A stretch of DNA of 10,491 nucleotides. It comes from a virus (lineage: Duplodnaviria > Heunggongvirae > Uroviricota > Caudoviricetes). The notes below the pieces were generated by a model. That model was not told where the DNA came from and ran no database searches. It worked only from the letters and a program-made list of their open reading frames with translations. The stretch's first letter is position 1. Every line of letters begins with the position of its first letter. This document shows positions 1-7,337 of this stretch, one piece after another. Location: IMG/VR virus record IMGVR_UViG_2690316028_000010, one strand, 5' to 3'. Both the position numbers and the translations under genes were made by a program.

Positions 1-780
1 TTATGGCCTTGTATTTCCTTTTCTTAACTTCTTTTCGCTCTTTTTTACAAGCTTAATTAACCACTCTGGCTCATCCGACAGTTCGGAGTAATAGCAGTAT
101 TCTGGTATTGCTTTCCAAAATGTTGTTATTGCATCAGCAAATTCAACAAACTGTTCTTCTGTTACATGCAGATCATCATGAGTAGGATTGATATGTCTGC
201 CGCATATACCAGTAGGATGAGGGTAATATTCTGGATGAGTTGATGATAGGAGGCGGTGAGAATTTCCATCACCATGTTTGTACACATTTACGACTAATGC
301 GCACGCTTTGAGCTTATCGCCATAATCAGTTTCATCTATCTTGAGACCGATCCACTCGAGCAGTTTCAACAGTTGATCAAAATTTAAATCCCAAACCATT
401 GGTGTAATGATCTCTTTATCACACCAATGAGACAATTCTCTGATCGTTTTTTCTCGTAACTTTTTATCGAACTGGTGATACATACCCGCAGTTACTGCCA
501 AAAGAACAGTTTCTTGCATTTCAATAAGTGACCAGACGTAGTTTACACCCTCCTCATATGCTTGCTCATAGGCTGCCATTGGGTCGTCAAAATCAGGATT
601 GAAATGCTCAGCGGTATACTCCAGAAACTGTTTCTCTCGCTCCTCCGCCTCTTGGGTCAGATCCCCAAACTGAGACAAAAGTCTCCGTCTTGCTTCCGAA
701 ACATAAAATTCGTGAGGTTCAAGAAAATAGGGCCGATCTACTTTAGCAAGCCAAAATGTCACGAAGTTATCTGATGACAT
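1..780 (-). CDS. hypothetical protein, 259 aa, AT-rich accessory gene; function unknown
   Basis: Complete ORF: ATG at 780-778 (plus 'cat'), stop TAA at 3-1. SD-like 'aagga' about 7 nt upstream on minus strand. Protein has mixed composition, not low-complexity. Local GC is clearly lower than the central block (by-eye count of the first 120 nt ~37%). No family recognised. Confidence 0.6.
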   Translation of the reverse strand: MSSDNFVTFWLAKVDRPYFLEPHEFYVSEARRRLLSQFGDLTQEAEEREKQFLEYTAEHFNPDFDDPMAAYEQAYEEGVNYVWSLIEMQETVLLAVTAGMYHQFDKKLREKTIRELSHWCDKEIITPMVWDLNFDQLLKLLEWIGLKIDETDYGDKLKACALVVNVYKHGDGNSHRLLSSTHPEYYPHPTGICGRHINPTHDDLHVTEEQFVEFADAITTFWKAIPEYCYYSELSDEPEWLIKLVKKSEKKLRKGNTRP

Positions 781-924
781 AACTTATCCTTGATAATTAT
801 TGTATGGATAGATTATCCAGAAATTTGCGAACTGAGTCGGTCATTTTTTTTTGTGTGCGCGTGATGTAATAAAGGTTCAGGAATATACTGTCAGTTTACT
901 GAAAAACTGGCAACAGAGGCGGTT
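781..924. promoter_or_regulatory. divergent intergenic region between the 259-aa gene (minus) and the 75-aa gene (plus); presumed to hold both promoters
   Basis: 144-bp AT-rich gap with a T9 run (843-851) between two outward-facing start codons. No confident -35/-10 pair could be assigned by eye. Confidence 0.3.
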
Positions 925-1152
925 ATGAGCGAGAGTTACGAGTTCTCAGCAGGTTGTTTTTTGAAGCTATCAATATCTTCAGGGTATTTCACTATCAAAA
1001 TTCAGGGAGATCTCCCCGCTCGTGCAGCTAGTGCCATCTTGGCAGATGATGTCGAGCAGGTTTTATCTCAACTAGACAAATGTTTTCAGCTGAGTAATAG
1101 GCAACGAGAAGGGATCGTTAAGTATCTTATGTCGAAGGGGATGCAGCCTTGA
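925..1152 (+). CDS. hypothetical small protein, 75 aa
   Basis: ATG at 925 preceded by SD 'agagg' (915-919). Stop TGA at 1150-1152 overlaps the next gene's ATG (TGATG), indicating translational coupling. Confidence 0.5.
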   Translation: MSESYEFSAGCFLKLSISSGYFTIKIQGDLPARAASAILADDVEQVLSQLDKCFQLSNRQREGIVKYLMSKGMQP

Positions 1153-1610
1153 TGACTTGGATCACCCAAACAGATAACTGGACAGGGATCGCGGCGTGGG
1201 CGGGTTTTGCTTTGTCCGTATTTCAATTACTAAAATCCAGAACATCGCTAAGGCTTTATCTCGGATGTGATCAGCACGAGGACAGGATATACGTTTCGAA
1301 CATAAGCGCACACGATGTAACGTTGAGTGCAGCCGGTGTGGTAACAGCCAGTGGACGCCTTAGAATGTTATCCGACGAATATTCGGACGAGAACATGATC
1401 ACACCGATGCTGCCAAAAAGATTGAAAGCACGAGACGAAATGGTCTTGAACGTGCCATTCATAAATAAGGCTCATCACAACAAAGTGCATCATCGTGGCG
1501 GGGTTTATATCAAAACATCTGACGGCAAGATGTTCAGTGATGTTTGTTGGATCAAACGCCAATGGTGGTGGTTACTGTCTGTAATACTACGAGACACAAA
1601 GCGATACTAA
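1152..1610 (+). CDS. hypothetical membrane-anchored protein, 152 aa from ATG 1152 (ORF track starts at TTG 1149)
   Basis: Start ATG 1152 overlaps upstream stop. One N-terminal hydrophobic stretch 'WTGIAAWAGFALSVFQLL' (~1182-1235) consistent with a single TM helix or signal anchor; remainder hydrophilic with a His-rich patch (HHNKVHH). Stop TAA 1608-1610. Confidence 0.5.
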   Translation: MTWITQTDNWTGIAAWAGFALSVFQLLKSRTSLRLYLGCDQHEDRIYVSNISAHDVTLSAAGVVTASGRLRMLSDEYSDENMITPMLPKRLKARDEMVLNVPFINKAHHNKVHHRGGVYIKTSDGKMFSDVCWIKRQWWWLLSVILRDTKRY

Positions 1611-1639
1611 GTTGATTGATAGTCCGAGGTGATGTTCTG

Positions 1640-1657
1640 CCCAGCGTAGTTGCTGGG
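1640..1657 (+). terminator. weak hairpin downstream of the 75/152-aa pair (6-bp stem cccagc/gctggg, 6-nt loop)
   Basis: Inverted repeat 1640-1645 / 1652-1657. No following U-tract, so at best a weak terminator or RNA structure. Confidence 0.2.
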
Positions 1658-1690
1658 TGATACACCTTCAATGATTCTTGTTAGTGTGTA

Positions 1691-1699
1691 GGGGGGGGG
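1691..1699 (+). repeat. homopolymeric G9 tract immediately upstream of the 72-aa ORF start
   Basis: Sequence 'gggggggggc' then ATG at 1701. Upstream in-frame stop TAG at 1689-1691 places the tract in the 5' UTR / ribosome-binding region, not inside coding sequence. Confidence 0.9.
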
Positions 1700-1700
1700 C

Positions 1701-1919
1701 ATGTTGGATTTTAAAGCTGAGTTTGTTGGCGGCAGCCATAGCGGCGAGGTTATATCACCGATGTCCGAGGTAGAACTTAATAAACTAGGGTATAGAGTCC
1801 ATTTACGTGGTGCCCCCTCTGGCGATGAAATGCCTGTACACGTTGTTGTACCTATTGAATGGTCAGCGGATGAAGCACACAGAGCCATAATGCAGCGCTG
1901 GGGTAAACGCAGACGGTAG
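1701..1919 (+). CDS. hypothetical small protein, 72 aa, basic C-terminus (WGKRRR)
   Basis: ATG 1701, stop TAG 1917-1919; G-rich SD-like sequence directly upstream. Composition more protein-like than the overlapping minus-strand ORF 1607-1930 (S/P/T-rich). No family recognised. Confidence 0.45.
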   Translation: MLDFKAEFVGGSHSGEVISPMSEVELNKLGYRVHLRGAPSGDEMPVHVVVPIEWSADEAHRAIMQRWGKRRR

Positions 1920-2301
1920 ATGTCGCGCATTTCTCTTAAACTGGCTGCTGTGTTTGGTGCTAATTATCCATGCAAAGTGGCCTAAGCTACGTGGAAGAAT
2001 GATCAGTTTCGCATTATTTGGTTCAAGGAGGGCTCCCCCACAGCCTCACTCTCTGAATGCAAAACAGCCCCACAATCCCACTGTTAAAAGTCCCAGCTTG
2101 AAAATTGCACGCTTATGGTTGCCCCTCCCTCAACTCTATAGCTCGCCCGCGCCCCCGTGTGCATGTGCGTGCCCGCGCGTCAGGGGTCGCTGAGAAACCC
2201 TAAGATTTTGCTCATCCGAGACAAGCATTACCTGCACCTGTAAAACGCGAAATTACCTCTCAAACACCACACATAAACCCACTTTGCATTGAGATCTGAC
2301 A
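1920..2301. other. ~380-bp GC-rich, apparently non-coding spacer with C-rich runs and an alternating purine-pyrimidine tract
   Basis: Only ORF here (1954-2193) is Pro/Ala/Arg-rich and low-complexity. Contains 'gcccgcgc' twice (2146-2153, 2171-2178) flanking 'gtgtgcatgtgcgtg' (2157-2171). Sits upstream of the capsid-like operon. Confidence 0.4.
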
Positions 2302-2649
2302 ATGACCTTACTGACACCTGAAAACGTGGCAGCGGCTAGGGCTGCCCGTAGCGCGAGGATTGAACACTGGAAAGCCAACGCCAGCCAGCTTAAGCAGGAC
2401 TTTGCTGACGAAGCGCACTGGCGGCGGCTCGCCTCACGCTTCGGCGTGCGTATGCCCTCGGCGTATGTTCCCGGCTCCGAGCTGCGATTGCTGCGCCGGG
2501 CGGCCAAACGCGCGGGCATCTCTGGTGCTGATATGCGCGATGCTTTTGGTGGGGGCGTTGCGCACCTGCACGAGCTTAATCCCCATTGGCCTGCCTTCGC
2601 GCTTATCGGCCTGATTCTTGAGATCGCGGCTGAAAAAGCTGCTGCCTGA
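2302..2649 (+). CDS. hypothetical protein, 115 aa, Ala/Arg-rich with hydrophobic C-terminus; first gene of the capsid-like operon
   Basis: ATG 2302, stop TGA 2647-2649. Codon third positions G/C-biased, consistent with real coding in this GC-rich block. Function not recognised; a small scaffold or packaging-associated protein are possibilities only. Confidence 0.5.
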   Translation: MTLLTPENVAAARAARSARIEHWKANASQLKQDFADEAHWRRLASRFGVRMPSAYVPGSELRLLRRAAKRAGISGADMRDAFGGGVAHLHELNPHWPAFALIGLILEIAAEKAAA

Positions 2650-2717
2650 TTCATCCCATTCTCTTTTCCCCTTTTCCATAAATCGCGCTGGCTAACGCTG
2701 GCGCGGGAGCTATTTCT

Positions 2718-3713
2718 ATGACTGACAATGTTTATACCCCTGACCAATTCCGCCCGCACTGGGGCGGTGTAGATGCTGACAACGACATTCACATTGAAGC
2801 GTATGACCGGGACGTTCAGACCCGCCTTGAGGCAAAGAGCGTGTTTCTCGCCGAGGGGCTGAGCACATACAAGCCGCTGAAAAACAGTAATCAGTATCGT
2901 GTAGACCGCCTGAGCGGAGATCTGGAGGTGAAGGGCAGAACCGCAGGGCAATCGCTGGAGCCTACCGCCGTTAAGTCGGACAAGCTGATTATCTCTGTGG
3001 ATACGCTGAGCTATATCCGCATCCCGATTGACTATCAAGACGACTGGACAGCGCCCACCTTTCGCGCAGAGCTGAGCCGCAACATGGGGACAGCCCATGC
3101 AAAGTTCTACGACGAAGCGCACACTATCCAGCTAATCAAAGCGACTGACTTTGTACCGCCGCCTACGTTGCAACCAACGTTTAACCCGCTGACGGATAAT
3201 GTTGTCTCGCTCGACCTGACAACGGGGAGCGAAGAGGATGCGGCTAACGAACTGGTTCACGCTATTAAAGCTGCTGTTAATCGATTCCTAACTGAAAAAG
3301 ATATTCCGGTGGCGGAGCTGTGCCTTCTCATCGACCCAGCTTGGTTCAGCATCCTGATGGAACATAAGAAGTTGATGAACGTCCGTTACAGCCGGGATAG
3401 TGGCAATGATTACGCATGGCGTCGCGTTGGCTATGTCGCTGGGGTGCGAGTTATTGAGCTGAACAGTTACCCGCAGGAAGCCATTACCGCGCATGAACTG
3501 GGCGCTGATTATGATGTGACCGCAGGGGAAGCGCTGACACGGGCGACGCTGTTCCGGCCTGCGTCTGTACTTGTGACAGTCGAAGCGCAGAGCGTTATCA
3601 ATCGCCAGTGGGATGATGAACGCGAAATGACAATGGTGATGGACTCATATCGCCTGTTCAATGTTGGGCTGCGCCGCCCTGACTGCGTTATAAATTTCCG
3701 ACAAGCTGCATAA
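2718..3713 (+). CDS. putative phage major capsid protein (HK97-fold / T7 gp10-like), 331 aa
   Basis: ATG 2718 with SD 'gggag' ~8 nt upstream; stop TAA 3711-3713. Several segments resemble T7-type capsid proteins from memory (e.g. 'IPVAELCLLIDPAWFSILM', C-terminal 'GLRRPDCVINFR'). Followed 17 nt later by an HNH gene, a common capsid-module neighbour. Similarity is by recall, not alignment. Confidence 0.5.
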   Translation: MTDNVYTPDQFRPHWGGVDADNDIHIEAYDRDVQTRLEAKSVFLAEGLSTYKPLKNSNQYRVDRLSGDLEVKGRTAGQSLEPTAVKSDKLIISVDTLSYIRIPIDYQDDWTAPTFRAELSRNMGTAHAKFYDEAHTIQLIKATDFVPPPTLQPTFNPLTDNVVSLDLTTGSEEDAANELVHAIKAAVNRFLTEKDIPVAELCLLIDPAWFSILMEHKKLMNVRYSRDSGNDYAWRRVGYVAGVRVIELNSYPQEAITAHELGADYDVTAGEALTRATLFRPASVLVTVEAQSVINRQWDDEREMTMVMDSYRLFNVGLRRPDCVINFRQAA

Positions 3714-3729
3714 CAAAAGGGGCCGAGCC

Positions 3730-4161
3730 ATGAATATTGATGCTTATGCCCCGGAGCTGTTGCGCTCTTTGTTTCGGTACGATGCGAAGACTGGCCGCCT
3801 GTTCCATGCAGTAGACCGGATCGGAGCCAACAAGCGGATTTACGCTAAAGCCGGGGAACTGGCCGACACGGTAACGGACAGCGCCGGATATAGGCGCGTA
3901 TCTGTCCGCATCAATGGCAAATCTCATGCGCTATACGCCCACCGTGTCGCCTTCATCATTGCTAATGACGGTATCCCTGCCGGGATGCAAATCGACCATA
4001 TCAACGCGGTACGCGATGACAACCGCCTTATCAATCTCCGCACGGTTACGCCACAAGAGAACCAGCACAATTACCGCAAAGCCAAGGGTTATAGCCACCA
4101 TGCCTGCTCTGGCAGATGGGAGGCTTACATTCGCGTTGGTGATCCACCGCGCGATAAATAA
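3730..4161 (+). CDS. HNH endonuclease (HNH_3-type, phage-associated), 143 aa
   Basis: ATG 3730 with SD 'aaagggg'; stop TAA 4159-4161. Clear HNH signature 'IDHINAVRDDNRLINLRTVTPQENQHN' and the N-terminal 'GYRRVSVRINGKSHALYAHRVAFI' pattern typical of this family. Confidence 0.85.
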   Translation: MNIDAYAPELLRSLFRYDAKTGRLFHAVDRIGANKRIYAKAGELADTVTDSAGYRRVSVRINGKSHALYAHRVAFIIANDGIPAGMQIDHINAVRDDNRLINLRTVTPQENQHNYRKAKGYSHHACSGRWEAYIRVGDPPRDK

Positions 4162-4200
4162 GCCGCAATCCGTGAGATAAATGGACACGGTGCGGCTTTT
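4161..4200. terminator. bidirectional intrinsic terminator candidate between convergent HNH and tape-measure genes
   Basis: Imperfect hairpin: 'agccgca' (4161-4167) pairs with 'tgcggct' (4191-4197), inner stem 'ccgtg'/'cacgg', followed by TTTT (4197-4200) on plus strand and an A/T-rich run on the other side. Lies in the 66-bp gap between the two converging stop codons. Confidence 0.5.
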
Positions 4201-4227
4201 CAGATACTGCAAAGGAATTACAGATTA

Positions 4228-6711
4228 TCAGTCGTAAGCAACCCGGCGCTTACGGGCAAGGATAGCTTCCAGTGCTCTTTCAATCTCAGGAATGGACAGC
4301 TTAAGCGCATTGGCCACATCCGGTGCTGGTGACTTGTTCTTGCCATCAATATAGATATTGTTAATGACGTTAATCCCGCCGCCTGCGCCTGCTGGTGAAT
4401 GAGAGTCCCGGCCTCTGGGTAAGGTAAGGTCGCCGCGCATATAGCGCTCTAATACGGGGGGTACTTTCGGCACATCCGGCACCATCATATCAGCCAGCCG
4501 CGAGGAGGCTTTCAGCGCCAGTGATGCAGACTGACCAATGCCAATCGCCGCCCCTTCTGCGATATTAGACCCGAAGCCCATAAATACACGGCTTGGCGAG
4601 TGAATCCCCAGCTTTTCCTTGAACCAGCCGCCGACACTGTCACCCATCTCAGTGACGGTATTCTTGAGAGACTCCCACTTGTTTTTGATACCGTTCACCA
4701 GTCCATCAATCAAGTGACCACCAAACTCAGTAAACTGGCCGGGAAGGTCGATGTTAAACCACTTCATGACCCCCGCAAACGCCTTGTAGAACAGCCCCAG
4801 CGGCGACCAGTTCAGGATTAGCTTACTGACACCAAGAACCCCGCCGTTAAAGGCTGTTTTCACTTCCTCCCACCGCTGCGAGAACCATCGGCTTATCGCG
4901 CCCCAGTTGCGGTAAATCAGGTACGCGCCCCCGGCGATGATGGTTATCGCAATGCCTATGGGGTTCATTAACAGCGCCCTGCCAAACCAGAGGAAAGCCT
5001 TTGCCACCACCATTACGCCTCTGAACAGTCCACCCGCCAGCGCTTTACCCAGCATTCCGGCTCCCTTCGCCACGGTACTGAATCCGGTAGCCAGCCAGCG
5101 CAGCTTTCCGCCGTCGCTCAGGGCGGTTTTGAGCAACAGCCAGTTAGTGCGCAGCAGTACGGCGTTTTTCCACAACCCGGCGAACGGTGATACCAGCAGA
5201 TTCAGGCCGAGTTTCAGCCCGACAGTGGCGATTTTCAGCCCCAGCAGTACGCCCACGGTTTTTGCCACACCCTGAACAATGCCGGGATGTTGCGCTATCC
5301 ATTGCCCGGTGGAATGAATCAGCGGAATCAGTTGCTGCGTCATTGACACGAACGAGGGAGACAGTTGACTGCCAAGGGTAATGGACAGTTCGCGGGTGCT
5401 GACCATCAGTGCTTTGGTCGCCTCCAGCGGCGATTTCAGTCGCTCCGTGTAGGAGGAGGCCAGCAGGTCTTTATCCGCCGCCTTAAGTGCGCCAGCCCTG
5501 ATTTCGCGGTATTTGTCCATGTTGGCGAGCATCGGACGGACAAACGCCATGACCTGCATATCGGCGAACATCTCACCCAGACCGAAATTCTTTGCCAGTT
5601 CCTGTAACGCAAGGTCGCGGGAGTTATCGTCCTTGATTTTCATTGCTTTCTTGAAGCCTGCCAGTGCTTCCGGGCTTTTGGCCTCCAGATACCTGCCCAT
5701 GACGCTTATCATGCCCTCAATGGGCGAGACGCCAGCAGATTTATAAGCCATGAGTGACCCCTGAAGGTCAATCCCGATATCGGCAAACTGTTTCTGCGTG
5801 TCGCGGGCAAAAATCTTGGTGAGGAAGTTACGGAAGTTGTTACCAGCCTCGTCAGATGACCCGGCACCAATTCGGGCAATCTGTAAACTCGCTCCGATTT
5901 CCGCCATCGCTTCTTTACCTTCGGCAATACCGCGCATCATCGGGGCAAGAGATGGCATCCATTTCACCTGGTCAGGTATTTCAAAAGACCCTTGGTCGCC
6001 TGCAAAGGCCATGATGTTCTGTACTTTGGCAAACTCTTTAGCGCTGCCATCCATCGAGTTTTTCCAGACGGCGGCAACCTTCGCCCATTCCGTCCCTGTG
6101 GTGCGTGTGGCAGTAGCGGCGCGGGCTATATTGGGCATGAAGCTGCCAATTTCGGACACACTGTCGATATTGTCACTGATAAGCGAGCCTACGGCGTCCT
6201 GTAAGTCGCTCTGGTACTGGTTGTACTTGAGCGACCATCCCCGGATTTGCTGCCCCAGACTGGCGCGGGTTTTATCGTCATATTTCGCCGTGATCGACAT
6301 ATCAATCATCTTGTCGTCGAACGTAGCCGACTGCTGAATCGCCGGGGAAACGAGGCTGTAAGCGGCTTTGGCCTGCGCCCACGTCTCAATTCCCTGTCCA
6401 TAAAGCGCCATCCGGTTAGCTCTCAGGGCATCGGTTGTGGCAGACGCTGCCGACAGGCGGGACTGCTGGCGGTTTAGTTGCTCCAGCGTTCTGCCTACCC
6501 GTTGCAGGTCATTGTTCAGGCGTGAGGCCACGCCTGAACCTACCTGACCGTAACGCTGCATGGCGCGTGACAGGCTGCTTTGTTGCTCGGTCAGGCGGCG
6601 TGACGTGTCGCCGAGAGAATCAAGCGCCCGCCGTGTGCCGCTGACGGCGGAACGGAAGCTGCTCCCGACAATACCGCCAATCATCACACCAACAGAAAAA
6701 TTATTGCTCAT
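4228..6711 (-). CDS. phage tail tape-measure protein, 827 aa
   Basis: ATG 6711-6709 with SD 'ggagtg'; stop at 4228. Helical N-terminal region, long central Gly/Ala/Leu-rich hydrophobic segment, and C-terminal 'GIHSPSRVF'-type motif that I recall from tape-measure proteins. Size is typical. Confidence 0.75.
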   Translation of the reverse strand: MSNNFSVGVMIGGIVGSSFRSAVSGTRRALDSLGDTSRRLTEQQSSLSRAMQRYGQVGSGVASRLNNDLQRVGRTLEQLNRQQSRLSAASATTDALRANRMALYGQGIETWAQAKAAYSLVSPAIQQSATFDDKMIDMSITAKYDDKTRASLGQQIRGWSLKYNQYQSDLQDAVGSLISDNIDSVSEIGSFMPNIARAATATRTTGTEWAKVAAVWKNSMDGSAKEFAKVQNIMAFAGDQGSFEIPDQVKWMPSLAPMMRGIAEGKEAMAEIGASLQIARIGAGSSDEAGNNFRNFLTKIFARDTQKQFADIGIDLQGSLMAYKSAGVSPIEGMISVMGRYLEAKSPEALAGFKKAMKIKDDNSRDLALQELAKNFGLGEMFADMQVMAFVRPMLANMDKYREIRAGALKAADKDLLASSYTERLKSPLEATKALMVSTRELSITLGSQLSPSFVSMTQQLIPLIHSTGQWIAQHPGIVQGVAKTVGVLLGLKIATVGLKLGLNLLVSPFAGLWKNAVLLRTNWLLLKTALSDGGKLRWLATGFSTVAKGAGMLGKALAGGLFRGVMVVAKAFLWFGRALLMNPIGIAITIIAGGAYLIYRNWGAISRWFSQRWEEVKTAFNGGVLGVSKLILNWSPLGLFYKAFAGVMKWFNIDLPGQFTEFGGHLIDGLVNGIKNKWESLKNTVTEMGDSVGGWFKEKLGIHSPSRVFMGFGSNIAEGAAIGIGQSASLALKASSRLADMMVPDVPKVPPVLERYMRGDLTLPRGRDSHSPAGAGGGINVINNIYIDGKNKSPAPDVANALKLSIPEIERALEAILARKRRVAYD

Positions 6712-6742
6712 GGTTCACTCCGGTTGAGTGGTTCGGTGGGCG

Positions 6743-7336
6743 TCATTCAGTCAGGGACAGGCCGCTGATTCCGGTAATCCCGGCAATTTCTTCGCTGACG
6801 GCTGCCAGTTCACTTTCAAGCCCGGTGCGTTCGCTGACCAGTGCCGCCACGGTCTTACGGCGCTCTGCCAGTGAGGGAAGTTTGTCATTACCCCACGTCA
6901 CGCTCTTATCCTTCTTAAGCGCTTCGGTCAGTCGGGTGGCGACCACATCCGGGAAGAAAAAGCAGAGCTTGCGCATTACCGCCATCCCGGTATCAGCCGG
7001 GGGGACGTTTCCTCCCAGCCCCACCAGACGGAACAGACCGGAAATATCGCCGTTCTCATTTTCCAGATTGCCCCAGCGTTCGGCGTTCCCTTCACCGCCG
7101 GAACCGTTGCAAAGAGCACGCTTGAATGACTGATATTCTTCCTGCCCGAATCGCTCAATATATTCAGGAATAAAGGAACAGTAATCATTAAGTGATAACG
7201 GCATATCCTGTAATGCGGTTATTTCGCCATTAATATCACCAATGCGACGAGAGAGCTTTTCTTTCTGCTCATTCAGGGAGGTAAGGTTATTTTTAACGGC
7301 GTTCAGTGCTTCAATGAGGGAAATAACAGGTTTCAT
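6743..7336 (-). CDS. hypothetical protein, 197 aa, coiled-coil-like N- and C-termini; possible scaffold-like or tail-assembly accessory protein
   Basis: ATG 7336-7334 lies 1 nt after the upstream gene's TAA (taaAATG) with SD 'ggag' inside the upstream gene's 3' end; stop TGA 6745-6743. Heptad-like ends; no slippery heptamer seen at the 3' end. Confidence 0.5.
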   Translation of the reverse strand: MKPVISLIEALNAVKNNLTSLNEQKEKLSRRIGDINGEITALQDMPLSLNDYCSFIPEYIERFGQEEYQSFKRALCNGSGGEGNAERWGNLENENGDISGLFRLVGLGGNVPPADTGMAVMRKLCFFFPDVVATRLTEALKKDKSVTWGNDKLPSLAERRKTVAALVSERTGLESELAAVSEEIAGITGISGLSLTE

Positions 7337-7337
7337 T

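Noticed and set aside
1149-1151. TTG start for the membrane-protein ORF (also TTG 9765 for the 245-aa ORF, GTG 8487 for the Mor-like ORF)
   Set aside because: In each case an in-frame ATG a few codons downstream has better SD spacing (1152, 9744, 8481); the ATG starts are preferred.
1607-1930. 107-aa minus-strand ORF overlapping the 72-aa plus-strand ORF
   Set aside because: Ser/Pro/Thr-rich, junk-like composition; the plus-strand 72-aa frame looks more protein-like and has a G-rich SD. Both remain unconfirmed.
1954-2193. 79-aa plus-strand ORF in the GC-rich spacer
   Set aside because: Pro/Ala/Arg-rich low-complexity product (e.g. 'PAPPCACACPRVRGR'), no convincing RBS; more likely non-coding.
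2253-3122. 289-aa minus-strand ORF overlapping the 115-aa and capsid-like genes
   Set aside because: Arg/Ser/Ala-rich low-complexity translation typical of an antisense frame in GC-rich coding DNA; no start context; the plus-strand genes have proper RBS and protein-like composition.
4600-6644. Multiple plus-strand ORFs (64-179 aa) nested antisense within the tape-measure gene
   Set aside because: All lie antisense inside an 827-aa gene with coherent domain structure; translations are low-complexity; treated as frame artefacts.
6743-7336. Lambda-type G/GT tail-assembly chaperone with frameshift upstream of the tape measure
   Set aside because: No slippery sequence or overlapping -1 frame extension at the 3' end of the 197-aa gene; the assignment stays open rather than asserted.
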